From Bryobacterales bacterium (GTDB lineage: Bacteria; Acidobacteriota; Terriglobia; Bryobacterales; UBA6623): 64,000 nt of DNA. Position 1 is the first letter of the stretch; the number at the start of each line of letters is the position of its first letter. Below the pieces are notes generated by a model. The model was not told where the DNA came from. It was given only the letters and a program-made list of their open reading frames with translations, and made no database searches. The DNA is taken from the NCBI GenBank assembly GCA_963422375.2, contig OY729428.2, positions 32,001 through 96,000 of the forward strand. The letters are read 5' to 3'. Below are positions 63,172 to 64,000 of the stretch, piece by piece. The position numbers and the translations under genes are program-made.

Positions 63172-64000
63172 ATGGACCTGGGCGCCCGAGACTCCGTAGA
63201 CCGACCCTCGGAGCAGATGTACGTTCCGCGGGAGGACGAGAGGCAGTTGACGCGCCGCTCGGTCGTCGCCGGGTGCCTGCTCGGCGGCATCGTCTCCTGC
63301 ATGAACATCTATATGGGGCTGAAGATCGGCTGGTCGTTCGGCGGCTCCCTGATCGCGGCGATCCTCGGATTCGGCCTCTTCATGGCGCTGGGCCGGTCGA
63401 TGACGGTACTCGAGTGCAACATCACGCAGACGTCCGGCTCGGCGGCGGGCACGATGGCCTCGGCCGCCGGCCTGCTGGCGCCCGTGCCGGCCATGGGCTT
63501 GCTCGGCTTCGAGATTCCCGTGGCCGGCCTGCTGCTGTGGGGCCTTTCGGTCGCTTATCTCGGGGTGTTCTTCGCCGTCCCGCTGCGGAGGCAGATGATC
63601 GACGTCGACCGGCTGCGCTTCCCGACCGGCACGGCGACGGCGGAGACGATCCTAGCCATGTTCGCGCAGGCCAAGGAAGCCGTGGACAAAGCGCGCGCGC
63701 TGCTGTGGGCGGGCGCGGCAGCAGGAGCGTTCACCCTCCTGACCTACTTCGTGCCACAGCTGGAAATGCCGCCGGTCGAGGCCCTCGGCGTGGCCGCGCT
63801 CGCGGCGGCTGCGGCATGGGGCTTCCAGCTCTACGTCGGCCCGATGCTGTTCGGGGCCGGGATCCTGATCGGCCCGCGCGTCAGCGCCAGCCTGGCGCTC
63901 GGCGCGGTCGTCGCGTGGGGCCTGCTAGGGCCTTGGGTGCAGGCCAGCGGCTGGGCTCCCGGGGAGGTGATGAGCTACACCGACGGGCCGAGGGGCTGGC
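63172..64000 (+). CDS. OPT/YSL family oligopeptide transporter (runs off the 3' end)
   Basis: QLTRRSVVAG, NIYMGLKIGW, LECNITQT.GSA, FFAVPLRRQMI..LRFPTGTATA. Confidence 0.9.
   Translation, partial: MDLGARDSVDRPSEQMYVPREDERQLTRRSVVAGCLLGGIVSCMNIYMGLKIGWSFGGSLIAAILGFGLFMALGRSMTVLECNITQTSGSAAGTMASAAGLLAPVPAMGLLGFEIPVAGLLLWGLSVAYLGVFFAVPLRRQMIDVDRLRFPTGTATAETILAMFAQAKEAVDKARALLWAGAAAGAFTLLTYFVPQLEMPPVEALGVAALAAAAAWGFQLYVGPMLFGAGILIGPRVSASLALGAVVAWGLLGPWVQASGWAPGEVMSYTDGPRGW

Overview
A GC-rich (roughly 70% by eye) bacterial chromosomal window. Gene content (Acidobacteria-type VWA protein, PSD1/planctomycete cytochrome c, CRTAC1/ASPIC-UnbV, DUF1080, Tat-exported Gfo/Idh/MocA) suggests Acidobacteriota, possibly Bryobacterales-like; this is inference only. 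Intact housekeeping blocks: ileS-rlmN-(tnpB-like)-methionine synthase, nucleotidyltransferase-phosphomutase-tRNA-Ser, accA, grpE-dnaJ, sufBCDS-DUF59-Rrf2-mrp, tRNA-Ala. These alternate with two decay zones (about 18-28 kb and 52-56.5 kb) holding frameshifted genes, four IS remnants (ISNCY-type, ISDol1/IS5-like, IS630, IS1595), a 255-bp MITE, a nucleotidyltransferase TA-like pair and a truncated PHP-domain gene; a Fic gene lies near the first zone. Best leads: (1) a drifted but stop-free TnpB-like ORF joined by ATGA overlaps to both rlmN and the methionine synthase gene, with no tnpA; (2) an IleRS2 with KESKS and a ~110-aa double-psi-barrel-like insert; (3) repeated 10-13 bp tandem duplications in three unrelated IS families; (4) a MITE with its probable cognate transposase family in the same window; (5) a structured candidate sRNA after tRNA-Ser; (6) an Mrp/ApbC lacking its Fe-S cysteines. 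No CRISPR array or rRNA was seen. All family assignments come from recalled motifs, not database searches.
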